Source: Syntrophales bacterium (lineage in GTDB: Bacteria > Desulfobacterota > Syntrophia > Syntrophales > PHBD01). Taken from it: DNA of 64,000 nt. The translations under genes were made by a program, and so were the position numbers. Shown here in pieces: positions 30,788 to 40,292 of the stretch (the stretch's first letter is position 1; each line of letters opens with the position of its first letter). The notes under the pieces were generated by a model. That model was given only the letters and a program-made list of their open reading frames with translations. It was not told the DNA's origin and ran no database searches. The stretch covers positions 3,840,001-3,904,000 of the forward strand of contig OY764159.1 of NCBI GenBank assembly GCA_963668175.1. Reading direction: 5' to 3'.

Positions 30788-31735
30788 TCAGATGACAAGT
30801 GAACCTTTGCCGTCGATCATCAGCAGACTTTTAATACGCCTTCCCCAGCGCCGCCACAAGGACAGCGCATCGTCAATATGAACCACGGCCTGGCGGGTTG
30901 CACGTTCGCCCTCACGGACGAGCTCTTCAAGGTGCGAAAAATCCGTCCAGTGCCATCCGCCGACATGAGGACGGATGACCACATCGGCGTCCTTCAGTTC
31001 GTATCTCTCCAATTTGTCGGCCGTAATCTCACCGGCCCGGTAATAGATATCCTTGGCGGTCTTGTTTTCGTCCCAGACAAGGATATCCCGGTCCACAACG
31101 ACGGCAACGACGACATCCGCCCCCTGTTCCCGCAGGACATGCACGGGGACCAGGCTGACAATCCCGCCGTCCGCCAACAGCCGGTGACCCTCCCTGATCG
31201 GCTCAACCGCCCCGGGAACCGCGCAGCTGGCCAAAACGGCCTTCCGCAGGGACCCTTTGGAAAAAGTGACCCGTTCTCCCGTCATAAGATCCGTTGCCAC
31301 GGCATAAAAAGGAATCTTCAAATCCTCGATGCGGATGTCGGGAATAAAATAGTCGATCATCATCTGGAAATCCGCCGCGGGAAGGATACCGGGCCTGTAC
31401 ATCGTCCGCGCCATATAGAAACGTCCTTTGAAAAACCGGGCGATTTTCTTTGACAGCTTTTCTTCTGCCGGCTCCGGCAATTCGGATATGGCACGCACGG
31501 GAGAATTCTGGAACGACGGGCTATTAATGAATTCAGTCACTTTCCGCTGCAATTCCGAAGATTTCATTCCCCCGGCATAGGCTGCCCCCATGACGGCCCC
31601 CATGCTCGTCCCGGCGATCATATCGATTTTCACATTCTCAGCTTCCAGGGCATGGAAGACCCCGATGTGGGCGAACCCCCGGGCGCCGCCACCCCCCAAA
31701 GCAAGACCTACCTTCTTATCCGTCCACTTAGACAT
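30788..31735 (-). CDS. Patatin-like phospholipase (RssA-like)
   Basis: LALGGGGARG, GTSMG (GxSxG), ASCAVPG, DGG. Confidence 0.93.
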   Translation of the reverse strand: MSKWTDKKVGLALGGGGARGFAHIGVFHALEAENVKIDMIAGTSMGAVMGAAYAGGMKSSELQRKVTEFINSPSFQNSPVRAISELPEPAEEKLSKKIARFFKGRFYMARTMYRPGILPAADFQMMIDYFIPDIRIEDLKIPFYAVATDLMTGERVTFSKGSLRKAVLASCAVPGAVEPIREGHRLLADGGIVSLVPVHVLREQGADVVVAVVVDRDILVWDENKTAKDIYYRAGEITADKLERYELKDADVVIRPHVGGWHWTDFSHLEELVREGERATRQAVVHIDDALSLWRRWGRRIKSLLMIDGKGSLVI

Positions 31736-31879
31736 GATTTTTGCTCCAACCGCTATCCGGCGCAATCGCCCGGATCGTACCTTAACGACAAAAAGCCCGG
31801 CAGACACTCATCCGGTGTTCTGCCGGGCTCCTTCGAACGTCATGATAATCCGCCATTAGGATCTGCGCATGAGAAAATA

Positions 31880-32173
31880 TTACGACTGGGGTGATCCGGC
31901 CTTTTCCTCTTTGAAAGCCTCAACACCCGCCTCGATGGCTCTTCTCAGCCGTTCCTTCTTTTCGGCGTAGGCTTCCTTGCCGTGGCTGCCCAAATCTTCC
32001 ATTTTCACTTTGGCTTGTTCGTACTGCTCTTTGGCCTTTACAAGCAGTTCTTCCGTGGATTTGAAAATGTCCTCTCGGGTCTCTCTGCCGCTTTTCGGTG
32101 CATAGAGAATCCCCAGTACGGCACCGACCAATCCTCCTACGATAAATCCCTTGACCCAATCGTTGGCTGCCAT
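31880..32173 (-). CDS. YtxH domain protein
   Basis: GFIVGGLVGAVLGILYAPKSGRETR followed by coiled coil. AAGGAGG RBS. Confidence 0.9.
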   Translation of the reverse strand: MAANDWVKGFIVGGLVGAVLGILYAPKSGRETREDIFKSTEELLVKAKEQYEQAKVKMEDLGSHGKEAYAEKKERLRRAIEAGVEAFKEEKAGSPQS

Positions 32174-32391
32174 GATGTAATCCTCCTTTGTCGTATCGGT
32201 TTCGGTCAAATCATTCATTTTATACTATCACATCGCTGGCGAAGAGACAACCGGCAGAGCGAATTCGAAAACGATCAGGACTTTGCGCAGGCTTCGTCGC
32301 AAGCAATCCCCGCTGTCCCGATTGAGGGGCGTACAAGTTTTGATTGAAAAAACAGCCACAATCGCATAGATTTCTTGCCCAGGGTTCCAAT

Positions 32392-33030
32392 ATGAAGCGA
32401 TACAACGCCATGGCAACTCTGCTTACCGTCCTCTTTACGACTTTCGTCTTTTCGTACGGCATAGTGATGGCACAGGAAAAATCCGAAGACGTAATCATAG
32501 ACAGCGCCATGACTTTTGACGAAGCGGTGGCGGGAACAAATGCCCCAAAAAGCGCGCTCGCTTCCCTTTGCATCGTCAATGTTCGCTATTACGCCTTCGA
32601 CGGCCGTCTCCATCAGGGCCAGTTGGTCGTTCACCGGGCGGTCCGCAACGACACCCTGGAGATATTCCGACTGATCGAACGGCTACGTTTTCCGATAGAA
32701 AAAGCCGTGCCCGTCAGCAAGTACGGGTGGTCCGACGAGGCATCGATGGCCGACAACAACAGTTCGGCCTTCAACTACCGCGTCATCGAAGGCACCCGAC
32801 GTCTTTCCCGGCACGCCGCGGGGAAAGCCATCGACATCAATCCCCGCCTCAATCCGGTATTTTACAGAAATGGCGCCGTTCAGCCCGAAGGGGCCGTATA
32901 CGACCGGCAGCGGCCGGGAACGCTTCACGGACGGCACACAATCGTGAAGATGTTTCGGAGGCTCGGATGGGACTGGGGCGGCAGGTTCAAATCCGTGAAA
33001 GACTACCACCATTTCGAAAAGCCCGATTAA
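32392..33030 (+). CDS. M15 family metallopeptidase (D,D-carboxypeptidase-like), exported
   Basis: Signal peptide; NNSSAFNYR, SRHAAGKAIDINP, WGG..DYHHFE zinc motifs. Confidence 0.9.
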   Translation: MKRYNAMATLLTVLFTTFVFSYGIVMAQEKSEDVIIDSAMTFDEAVAGTNAPKSALASLCIVNVRYYAFDGRLHQGQLVVHRAVRNDTLEIFRLIERLRFPIEKAVPVSKYGWSDEASMADNNSSAFNYRVIEGTRRLSRHAAGKAIDINPRLNPVFYRNGAVQPEGAVYDRQRPGTLHGRHTIVKMFRRLGWDWGGRFKSVKDYHHFEKPD

Positions 33031-33225
33031 CCGTCCTAATTCTCTTCTTGCGCGATCCGACCGTCTCATCTTACCGTTCCGGCATAGCTCTTCGTTGTCT
33101 GCCTGCAACATCCGGCGCACGGAAAAACCATGTCGTCCTCCGGTTACGATCATGAATTCTGATTTCTCAGATCATCTTGAGAACCGGGTTTTCATTTCTC
33201 ATGGCGTTATCCTGCAAATTCATCC

Positions 33226-33254
33226 TTGACGGCCGGACGGCGACTCATTAAGCT
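33226..33254 (+). promoter_or_regulatory. Putative sigma70 promoter
   Basis: TTGACG-N17-TAAGCT. Confidence 0.6.
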
Positions 33255-33312
33255 TTTCTTTAGGGGTCCTGTCAGTATCCGGAGTTCGCGAAATGCCGAC
33301 GAAGGGATATCC

Positions 33313-33561
33313 ATGTTCACCATGCAATCGCGGATTCGAATGAATCGAACCGCCAGCGATCCTCCCGTTGCGGGATATCCCGTATGCCGTAGAAAGGCGG
33401 AGAGGTTGATCAGCAGCAACGGATTCATTGTAAAAGACCGGCGGGATGATCTGCTCCCGGAAGAAGGAAAAACGACTGTGGCACCCTGCCCGGACGATGC
33501 AGGGAGGCACCGGCGCCGGGTCTGCGGGATGAACTTTAAAGCGCGGCGAGCCGACAGATAA
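33313..33561 (+). CDS. Small Arg-rich hypothetical protein
   Basis: GAAGGGA RBS before ATG at 33313, downstream of a good promoter; RRxxER...DRR pattern. No recognised family. Confidence 0.4.
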   Translation: MFTMQSRIRMNRTASDPPVAGYPVCRRKAERLISSNGFIVKDRRDDLLPEEGKTTVAPCPDDAGRHRRRVCGMNFKARRADR

Positions 33562-33626
33562 CAGGAAACAGCCATCTGACGGCGGATTCATATCGTTAAC
33601 GAGCCACCTTGAAAGGAGGGCGCATC

Positions 33627-34172
33627 ATGAAACCCATTGGACCCCTCATGTGGGAACACAGGTTGATCGAGCGGCTGCTGAAATCATTCGAGGACGAAGT
33701 CAACCACATCAAAGAACAGCATAAACTGGACACCGTCTTCATCGATACGGCCGTCGACTTCATTCGCATGTATGCAGACAGGACGCATCATGGCAAGGAG
33801 GAAGACATCCTTTTCAGAGACCTGGGAAAAAAGCCGCTTGTCGCCGAACATGCCCGGATAATGGCCGAACTTGTGGAGGAGCATATCTATGCCCGGAGCC
33901 GGGTCTCCGCCCTGGTCGATGCCAAGGAGAGATATTTAAGCGGCGAGGATACCGTCACGGAGGCCGTCGCCATCCTGCTGGAGCTTGCCGAATTTTACCC
34001 CCGGCATATCGAGAAGGAAGACAAGCATTTTTTTTATCCCTGCCTGGAATATTTCACGGCGGAAGAGCAGGACCGGATGCTTCGCGAATTCTTCACATTC
34101 GACAGGAATCTGATTCACGAAAAATACAGGAAGGTCGTGGATCAGATCGAGGACCGCAAGAAGCGGTGGTGA
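33627..34172 (+). CDS. Hemerythrin (HHE) domain protein
   Basis: LMWEHRLI, HHGKEEDILF, EEH, HIEKEDKHFFY. AAAGGAGG RBS. Confidence 0.92.
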   Translation: MKPIGPLMWEHRLIERLLKSFEDEVNHIKEQHKLDTVFIDTAVDFIRMYADRTHHGKEEDILFRDLGKKPLVAEHARIMAELVEEHIYARSRVSALVDAKERYLSGEDTVTEAVAILLELAEFYPRHIEKEDKHFFYPCLEYFTAEEQDRMLREFFTFDRNLIHEKYRKVVDQIEDRKKRW

Positions 34173-34218
34173 TAACCGTTCTTCTTGCGGACAGCCGCCT
34201 CAACCGAAAACAGTGCTT

Positions 34219-34947
34219 TCATTCGTGGTCGAAGATATAGCCGATCGAGCGCAGGCTGCGGAAGAACACGGGATTTTGCGGGTCGTCTTCAAAATACTTC
34301 CGCAGGCGCACGATGAAATTGTCTACGGTGCGCGTTGTCGTTACGCCGGAATATCCCCAGCACACCTCCAGCAGGGTCTTTCTTGATAATGGCTTGCGGC
34401 GGTTCAGAATAAAGGTCCGCAAAAGCCGCACCTCCTGATCCGTCAACTGGATGATCCCCTGCCGGCAATAAGCGGTCATCGTCTTGAAGTCGATGGTGTT
34501 TCCCCCGAACGTGTACGGCTGGCTCCCGTCCAGGTCAAGAAGATCTTCGGCCTTGACCTGTCCGCCCCAGGATGCCCGCATCAGCAGACGTTCGACCCTG
34601 AGAAGGAACTCTTCCAGGTTGAAGGGCTTGGCGAGATAGTCGTCCACTCCGTAAGAGAACCCTTTGATTTTGTCTTCCGAACCGCTCTTGGCGGACAGAA
34701 TCAGGACGGGCAACTTCTCGTCCTCCAATCGGATATGGCGCAGCACGGACAAGCCGTCCATTCCGGGGAGCATGATATCGAGCACGATAAGATCCGGATT
34801 TTCGAGCTTCCACATCTGGAGTCCCTGGGTGCCGTTTCCCGACACGGATACCTCATACCCTTGAAGAGTCAGATTTAATTTTAATCCTTCCGCTATATGG
34901 CCGTCATCCTCGATGATGAGGATGCGTTTTGCATGGACCTGCTTCAT
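34219..34947 (-). CDS. OmpR/PhoB family response regulator
   Basis: IIEDD, LDIMLP, DDYLAKPF, TRTVDNFIVRLRK, GY.F. Confidence 0.95.
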   Translation of the reverse strand: MKQVHAKRILIIEDDGHIAEGLKLNLTLQGYEVSVSGNGTQGLQMWKLENPDLIVLDIMLPGMDGLSVLRHIRLEDEKLPVLILSAKSGSEDKIKGFSYGVDDYLAKPFNLEEFLLRVERLLMRASWGGQVKAEDLLDLDGSQPYTFGGNTIDFKTMTAYCRQGIIQLTDQEVRLLRTFILNRRKPLSRKTLLEVCWGYSGVTTTRTVDNFIVRLRKYFEDDPQNPVFFRSLRSIGYIFDHE

Positions 34948-35915
34948 CCCTCATCTCCTTCTTTCTTACTGTAAGACAATGCCAAAGTGAACAGAGATCC
35001 TTTTCCTTCCCCTTCGCTGTCGGCGGTGATCTTTCCCCTGTGAAGGCGGGCGATTTGCTGGACAAGGTACAGGCCGATGCCGCTTCCTCCCGACGTTGTA
35101 TTGTCGGGCCTGTGACCTTGATAAAACTTCTTGAATATACTTTTCTTTTCTACCTTGGTGAGGCCGATGCCGTTGTCCCGGAAGCGGATAAACAGGGCAT
35201 CCCTGCCCTCTTCAAAGGAGATGACCATCCGGGGCTTACCCGATGCGTTGTATTTGATGGCATTGGTCAGGATATTCATTAAAAGCATCTCGAAGAGGGA
35301 TACGATGATCGGATGGAAAATCGCCTGCCCCACAGGGGCATCCACCTGTATTTCTGAATCCCTGAAAATATGGCGGTTGGCGGCCAGAAAACGCCTGACC
35401 GTATCAATCACATCGACCAGAACGAATTCTTTTTCATAAACCCGGCTTTCTATCCGGGCGAGATTCAGCATGCTGTTGATGTTGACGGAAAGACGCTCGA
35501 CGTCCTGAAGCATAAAGCCGATATATTTGAGCAACTCCTCCCGGGGAAGCTCATGGCGGTTAAACGTTTCAAGGTAAAGTTTCAACGAAGTCACCGGCGT
35601 TTTAAGCTCATGGGTGAAATTATTGATGAACGTGTTCTGCAGGCGATAGAGTTGAAGCGTCTTTAGATTATAGATCAGGATGATCAAGATGCCCACAAGA
35701 ATGACACTGACGAGGAGAGACATGACGAGGATGACAACCCAGGTCTTGGCCTCGAAAAACTGGTTCGGATCGAGGTTATAATGACTGACAACCGATTTGA
35801 GGCCGGCACTGATTCCTATATACCAGTAAATATAAAGGAATAGTGAAATAGCCAGACAGACCGTCGAGAGCACGAAAACGAAAATGGGATGAAAAAACCA
35901 TCTTGCTTGTTTCAT
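34944..35915 (-). CDS. Sensor histidine kinase with two TMs and a short extracytoplasmic loop
   Basis: THELKTP, NILTNAIKY, DNGIG, GSGIGL. Four-base overlap with the regulator. Confidence 0.95.
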   Translation of the reverse strand: MKQARWFFHPIFVFVLSTVCLAISLFLYIYWYIGISAGLKSVVSHYNLDPNQFFEAKTWVVILVMSLLVSVILVGILIILIYNLKTLQLYRLQNTFINNFTHELKTPVTSLKLYLETFNRHELPREELLKYIGFMLQDVERLSVNINSMLNLARIESRVYEKEFVLVDVIDTVRRFLAANRHIFRDSEIQVDAPVGQAIFHPIIVSLFEMLLMNILTNAIKYNASGKPRMVISFEEGRDALFIRFRDNGIGLTKVEKKSIFKKFYQGHRPDNTTSGGSGIGLYLVQQIARLHRGKITADSEGEGKGSLFTLALSYSKKEGDEG

Positions 35916-35982
35916 ACGTGCAGTAACTATCCGACCCTACGTCCCATGTCAACTTCCCATTTTCAGAACCTGCGACATGCCC

Positions 35983-36000
35983 TGTAAAAATAATGTAAAA
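35983..36000 (+). promoter_or_regulatory. OmpR-family (CpxR-like) direct-repeat box
   Basis: TGTAAAA-ATAA-TGTAAAA with an 11-bp period, between divergent TTGACA elements (35952-35947 minus; 36054-36059 plus). Confidence 0.55.
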
Positions 36001-36098
36001 CGAGACGGGATAACGTCAAAAATGGGCTTCTTTTTTATAACTTGCAATACCTTTTGACATCGGATAAAGATTTAGTAATTCTAACAGCGAGTCAGACG

Positions 36099-36434
36099 AT
36101 GATCCGGCATTATGGAGACATTATTCCCGGAAGGATACAGTTGTTCCTATCCTTTCTCATCTTGGCGATTTTCACGGGCGCCGCATATTTTGAGGACGGC
36201 GGCCTTCGCCTGACTGCGGACATTGCCGCGATCAGCAGCAATACGGACGACCCTGGAACGGACCGTTGCGCAGTAAAATTGAAACAGACGATTTCATTCT
36301 GGTCTGCTCGCTCATTGCAGGGTATATTTCCGGAAATAACCCGATTGACTTCATTTCAAGACTACAGGATTCCGAAAAACCACATCGTCTCTCCATCTCT
36401 GGGGAACAGAGCACCGCCGACAGCCTTCTCATAA
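36099..36434 (+). CDS. Putative leader/arrest peptide with N-terminal hydrophobic segment and C-terminal RAPP motif
   Basis: LFLSFLILAIFTGAAYF hydrophobic stretch; ends SLGNRAPPTAFS* with RAPP at 36408-36419; follows a TTGACA element. Confidence 0.65.
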   Translation: MIRHYGDIIPGRIQLFLSFLILAIFTGAAYFEDGGLRLTADIAAISSNTDDPGTDRCAVKLKQTISFWSARSLQGIFPEITRLTSFQDYRIPKNHIVSPSLGNRAPPTAFS

Positions 36435-36528
36435 TCATCCGTTTATTGTCGATCTTTCTTGAGGTCATTGTACAGACCGCGCAACGCCAAGAATACAGCG
36501 GCTGACGCGTATCGGGAGGGAGAAAACC

Positions 36529-36981
36529 ATGAAAAAAAAGATTGGTCTTGCAGCAGGATGCATGTTATTCATGATATTCATCTCGTCGGCCTCGACGTAT
36601 GGCGCGTCGAGAGAAGGCAACATCCTGACCGTTCGCTGGTGGGAGCAGCCGCAATATGTCGAGATGTTGGGGTTAACCGATCAACAAATCGACAGCATTA
36701 AAGAGAAATATCTGAGGGAATCCGGCAAGCTAAACAAGATGCGAATAGACATCAAGCGTCAGCGCAGCGCCCTTGCCAAGATGCTGCTTGAAGGTAAACG
36801 GGATGAAGTGAACACAGACATCCTGGTGGATAAACTGGCCGCCTCGATGTCGGAAGAAACCAGGACGGAGCTCTCGCTCAGGATATTGCTGATCAAGGAA
36901 TTAACGGACGAACAACGGACGAAATTCAAGGAAGCCGATAAAAGAAAATATTCTGATCGTTATAAACCTAAGAGCGATTGA
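36529..36981 (+). CDS. Spy/CpxP/ZraP-like periplasmic helical protein
   Basis: Signal peptide; two LTxxQ motifs (LGLTDQQ, ELTDEQR); 150 aa; strong RBS. Confidence 0.85.
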   Translation: MKKKIGLAAGCMLFMIFISSASTYGASREGNILTVRWWEQPQYVEMLGLTDQQIDSIKEKYLRESGKLNKMRIDIKRQRSALAKMLLEGKRDEVNTDILVDKLAASMSEETRTELSLRILLIKELTDEQRTKFKEADKRKYSDRYKPKSD

Positions 36982-37040
36982 GAGGAAGAAAAATAAGTTT
37001 GGAACATGAGAAATGAATCTCTTAAAGGAGGAATAAACCT

Positions 37041-37241
37041 ATGTTTGGTAGTATAGGTATGCCCGAAATGATCATCATCCTGGTGATCGCCCTCGTTGTA
37101 TTTGGCCCGGGAAAGTTGCCGGAAATCGGCGGTGCCATCGGCAAGGGCATCAAGGATTTCAAGCGGGCGATGACCGAACCCGAGAAAAAGGCTGACGACC
37201 AGTCGGACGCGAAACGCATCAAAGACGGGCAGAATACATAA
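37041..37241 (+). CDS. tatA: Twin-arginine translocase subunit TatA/E
   Basis: MFGSIGMPEMIIILVIALVVFGPGKLPEIG..IGKGIKDFK. AAAGGAGG RBS. Confidence 0.95.
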   Translation: MFGSIGMPEMIIILVIALVVFGPGKLPEIGGAIGKGIKDFKRAMTEPEKKADDQSDAKRIKDGQNT

Positions 37242-37257
37242 TCCGGAACCGGATTAT
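37238..37257 (+). terminator. Hairpin at the tatA stop (possible terminator)
   Basis: ATAATCCGG-AA-CCGGATTAT perfect inverted repeat; no long U-tract. Confidence 0.4.
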
Positions 37258-37408
37258 AGCGTCAAACGGTTCATTCGGCGGCACGATTTGCAGGCATGGC
37301 CGTCTCTAATCTGGCACAGAAGGGTTACGGCCGATGCGATAGCCGTATCGTAAGATATCACTGCGCAATCCGCAACCTACAGAAACTTTTCAGCGAAAGC
37401 GTACAAGC

Positions 37409-38671
37409 ATGCTGACGGAGACGACACCGCAGGTTTTTCTCTTCTTGAGCCATATCCTGCGAAAGAAGATTCTGACTCCCGACGGAACGGCGATCGGCAG
37501 GATCGACGATCTTGTGATCAATATCGCCGAGCAATACCCTGTTGTCACCGATGTCGTTGTGTCTCCGAAGGGAAAGAAGACAAAGGGCATTGTCCCATGG
37601 CATAAGTTCAGCCCCGGCGACGGTACGCTCGTTTTTAAAGAAACGTCGGTGGATACCTTTCCCGATCGGCATTTGTCGGATACGGAACTCCTGCTCAACC
37701 AGTCCATGATGGACCAGCAGATCGTGGATACAGACGGCGCGAAAGTTAGGCGTGTCAACGACTTGCAGTTCCTGAGGGCAAGGGACAATCTGTACCTCGT
37801 TCACGTGGACGTCGGGTTTCGGGGACTGATGCGGCGGGTGGGGCTTGAAAAACCCGTCGTTTCCATTTTGCGTTCCCTGTTCGATTACGACCTTCCCGAC
37901 CAGTTCATCTCCTGGAAATTCGTTCAGCCCGTTGCGCACCCCGACCTGCTGCGGTTGAACATCACCCAGAACCGTCTGGCGCAACTGCACCCGGCCGATT
38001 TGGCCGATATTATTGAAGATTTGGACATTTACCAGAGAACGGCCGTCTTTCAATCTCTCGACGTGGAGACGGCGGCGGAAACCCTGGAAGAAACGGACCC
38101 GAAAATCCAGGTGAGCTTGATCGAGGATATGGAAGCGTCCGAAGCCTCCGATATCATCGAAGAGATGTCCCTGAGCGAGGCGGCGGACCTCTTGGGAGAT
38201 CTCCCCAAGCACAAGGCGGAAGGCATCCTCAAGGAGATGGAGCATGAAGTGGCCGAAGATGTGAAAGAACTGCTTGCCCATCCCGACGAAAAGGCCGGAG
38301 GACTCATGACGACGGCCTTTCCCCATTTCCATCCGGACCTGACCGCCGCCGAAGCATTGGAGACCCTGCGGCGGGAGGCCGAAGACATGGACATCATCTA
38401 TTACGTCTATGTCATCGATCATGACGAGCATCTCCTCGGCGTCGTCAGTCTTCGGGAACTGCTTACCGCGCGGCCGGACGTCATACTCTCCGAGCTTATG
38501 GACACCAGGATCGTTTCCGTAGGTATCGACGAAGATGAGAAGAACATCGCCGATATCTTCGCCAAGTACGGCGTTATGGCCGTTCCGGTTACGGACGAGG
38601 AAAACCGCATTCAGGGAGTGATCGACTTCAAGAACCTCCTGGAGATCGTGGCGCCCCAGTTGGGAAAATAA
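37409..38671 (+). CDS. Soluble MgtE intracellular-domain protein (PRC-barrel + MgtE_N + CBS pair, no TM domain)
   Basis: VDTDGAKVRRVNDL, LHPADLADIIE, AGGLMTT, IYYVYVID, two CBS domains; no hydrophobic C-terminus. Confidence 0.9.
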   Translation: MLTETTPQVFLFLSHILRKKILTPDGTAIGRIDDLVINIAEQYPVVTDVVVSPKGKKTKGIVPWHKFSPGDGTLVFKETSVDTFPDRHLSDTELLLNQSMMDQQIVDTDGAKVRRVNDLQFLRARDNLYLVHVDVGFRGLMRRVGLEKPVVSILRSLFDYDLPDQFISWKFVQPVAHPDLLRLNITQNRLAQLHPADLADIIEDLDIYQRTAVFQSLDVETAAETLEETDPKIQVSLIEDMEASEASDIIEEMSLSEAADLLGDLPKHKAEGILKEMEHEVAEDVKELLAHPDEKAGGLMTTAFPHFHPDLTAAEALETLRREAEDMDIIYYVYVIDHDEHLLGVVSLRELLTARPDVILSELMDTRIVSVGIDEDEKNIADIFAKYGVMAVPVTDEENRIQGVIDFKNLLEIVAPQLGK

Positions 38672-38833
38672 ATCTTGACGATCCGACAAAAAAAGTCCAT
38701 AGGCACATCGGACGATTATCGGGATTGAACGGCGGTATCGGCCGAAGCAGGATCAAGGTTTAGCAATTCAATACACACTGTCATCATACTATTCGAGGTC
38801 TATAGCTGTTATGGATGAAGGCGGGGGCTGTCG

Positions 38834-40114
38834 ATGCCTGACCAGGTCGCGGAGAAAACAAGCACGGGCTTCGTCCGTCGCCTTTCTGAGGGGCGTTCAT
38901 GGCGGTCGTTCGTCCTTTTCTTCGCCCTCATCGGTCCCGGAATCATCACCTCGAATGTCGATAACGATGCCGGCGGCATAACCACCTATTCTCTCGCCGG
39001 AGCCAATTACGGCCTCGGCCTTCTGTGGATACTCATCCCCATCACCCTTGCCCTGATCATCATTCAGGAAATGAATGCCCGTATGGGCGTCGTTTCCGGC
39101 AAAGGTCTTTCGGACCTCATCCGCGAACGTTTCGGCGCCAAGGTGACATTCTACCTGATGGTCACGATGTTTATCGCCAATCTCGGCAATACCGTATCCG
39201 AGTTCGCCGGCGTGGCGGCCAGCCTGGAAATCTTCGGCATCAGCCGCTACGTGTCCGTGCCTCTGGCCGCAATCTTTGTCTGGTGGCTCATCGTCAAAGG
39301 AAATTATAAATCTGTCGAGAAGGCCTTTCTTTTCGCCTGCGTCTTTTACGTCGCCTATATTATCTCCGGTTTCATGGGGAGACCGAACTGGTCCGTCGTC
39401 GGGAACGCGCTTATAACACCGACGATCAAAGCAGATCCCGCTTTTCTGACGATGGCCGTGGGCGTTATCGGGACGACCATCGCCCCCTGGATGCAGTTTT
39501 TCCTACAGTCGTCGATCGTCGACAAAGGACTGAAGGCCGAGGATTATAAATATTCCAGGATGGATGTTATCTTCGGTTCGTTGACCGTCAATGTCGTCGC
39601 CTTTTTTATCATTATGATTTGCGCTGTGACGCTTTTCGAGCACGGCATCAAGATCGAGACGGCCAAGGATGCGGCCCTGGCCCTGAAGCCCCTGGCCGGC
39701 GAATATTGTTCCTGGCTTTTCGCTTTCGGACTCCTCAACGCCTCGCTTTTTGCGGCATCGATCCTGCCGCTATCCACCGCATACACCATCTGCGAGGCCT
39801 TCGGCTGGGAATCCGGCCTCAATCACCGCTTCATCGACGCGCCTCAATTCTACGGTATGTACACATTGATGATCCTTCTCGGAGCGGGGCTCATCCTCCT
39901 GCCGAACGCTCCCTTGATCTCCATCATGTTCTACTCGCAGGTCATCAACGGCCTTCTCCTGCCCTTCATACTGGTCTTTATGCTTCTGCTCATCAACGAT
40001 CGGCGGATCATGGGGGAATACGTCAACGGTCTGACCGTGAATATCCTGGCCTGGACGACGGTCATCGTCCTTATCGTACTTTCCTTAGCGATTGTAGTTA
40101 CTTCCTTCTTGTGA
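38834..40114 (+). CDS. NRAMP-related Mg2+ transporter (NRMT clade)
   Basis: About 11 TMs; GPG...DNDAGG in place of DPGN; GTTIAPW in place of the MPH motif; QEMNARMG. Confidence 0.88.
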   Translation: MPDQVAEKTSTGFVRRLSEGRSWRSFVLFFALIGPGIITSNVDNDAGGITTYSLAGANYGLGLLWILIPITLALIIIQEMNARMGVVSGKGLSDLIRERFGAKVTFYLMVTMFIANLGNTVSEFAGVAASLEIFGISRYVSVPLAAIFVWWLIVKGNYKSVEKAFLFACVFYVAYIISGFMGRPNWSVVGNALITPTIKADPAFLTMAVGVIGTTIAPWMQFFLQSSIVDKGLKAEDYKYSRMDVIFGSLTVNVVAFFIIMICAVTLFEHGIKIETAKDAALALKPLAGEYCSWLFAFGLLNASLFAASILPLSTAYTICEAFGWESGLNHRFIDAPQFYGMYTLMILLGAGLILLPNAPLISIMFYSQVINGLLLPFILVFMLLLINDRRIMGEYVNGLTVNILAWTTVIVLIVLSLAIVVTSFL

Positions 40115-40212
40115 CGCAACGGTCCGTACAACACCTGCACCGGGTAAACCATAAAACCGGGGCTCCCGTCACCTGCGGCACGCGTGCGCAAGATAACCCG
40201 GTGAATTGGCTA

Positions 40213-40241
40213 TTGACTACCGGGACGTTTTTCAATATGCT
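40213..40241 (+). promoter_or_regulatory. Putative sigma70 promoter
   Basis: TTGACT-N17-TATGCT, about 50 nt upstream of the ATG at 40293. Confidence 0.65.
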
Positions 40242-40292
40242 CCTTCATCGGATTTTAACATTCCCCTATACCCCTAACGAATCGGAGCCGAC

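Noticed and set aside
33260..33600. tmRNA, RNase P RNA or lysine riboswitch
   Set aside because: Begins with GGGG but lacks the tRNA-like ends of tmRNA, the GAGGAAAGTCC of RNase P RNA and the lysine aptamer core.
37242..37408. M-box or yybP-ykoY riboswitch upstream of the Mg transporter genes
   Set aside because: No conserved aptamer sequence or terminator recognised by eye; an Rfam scan would be decisive.
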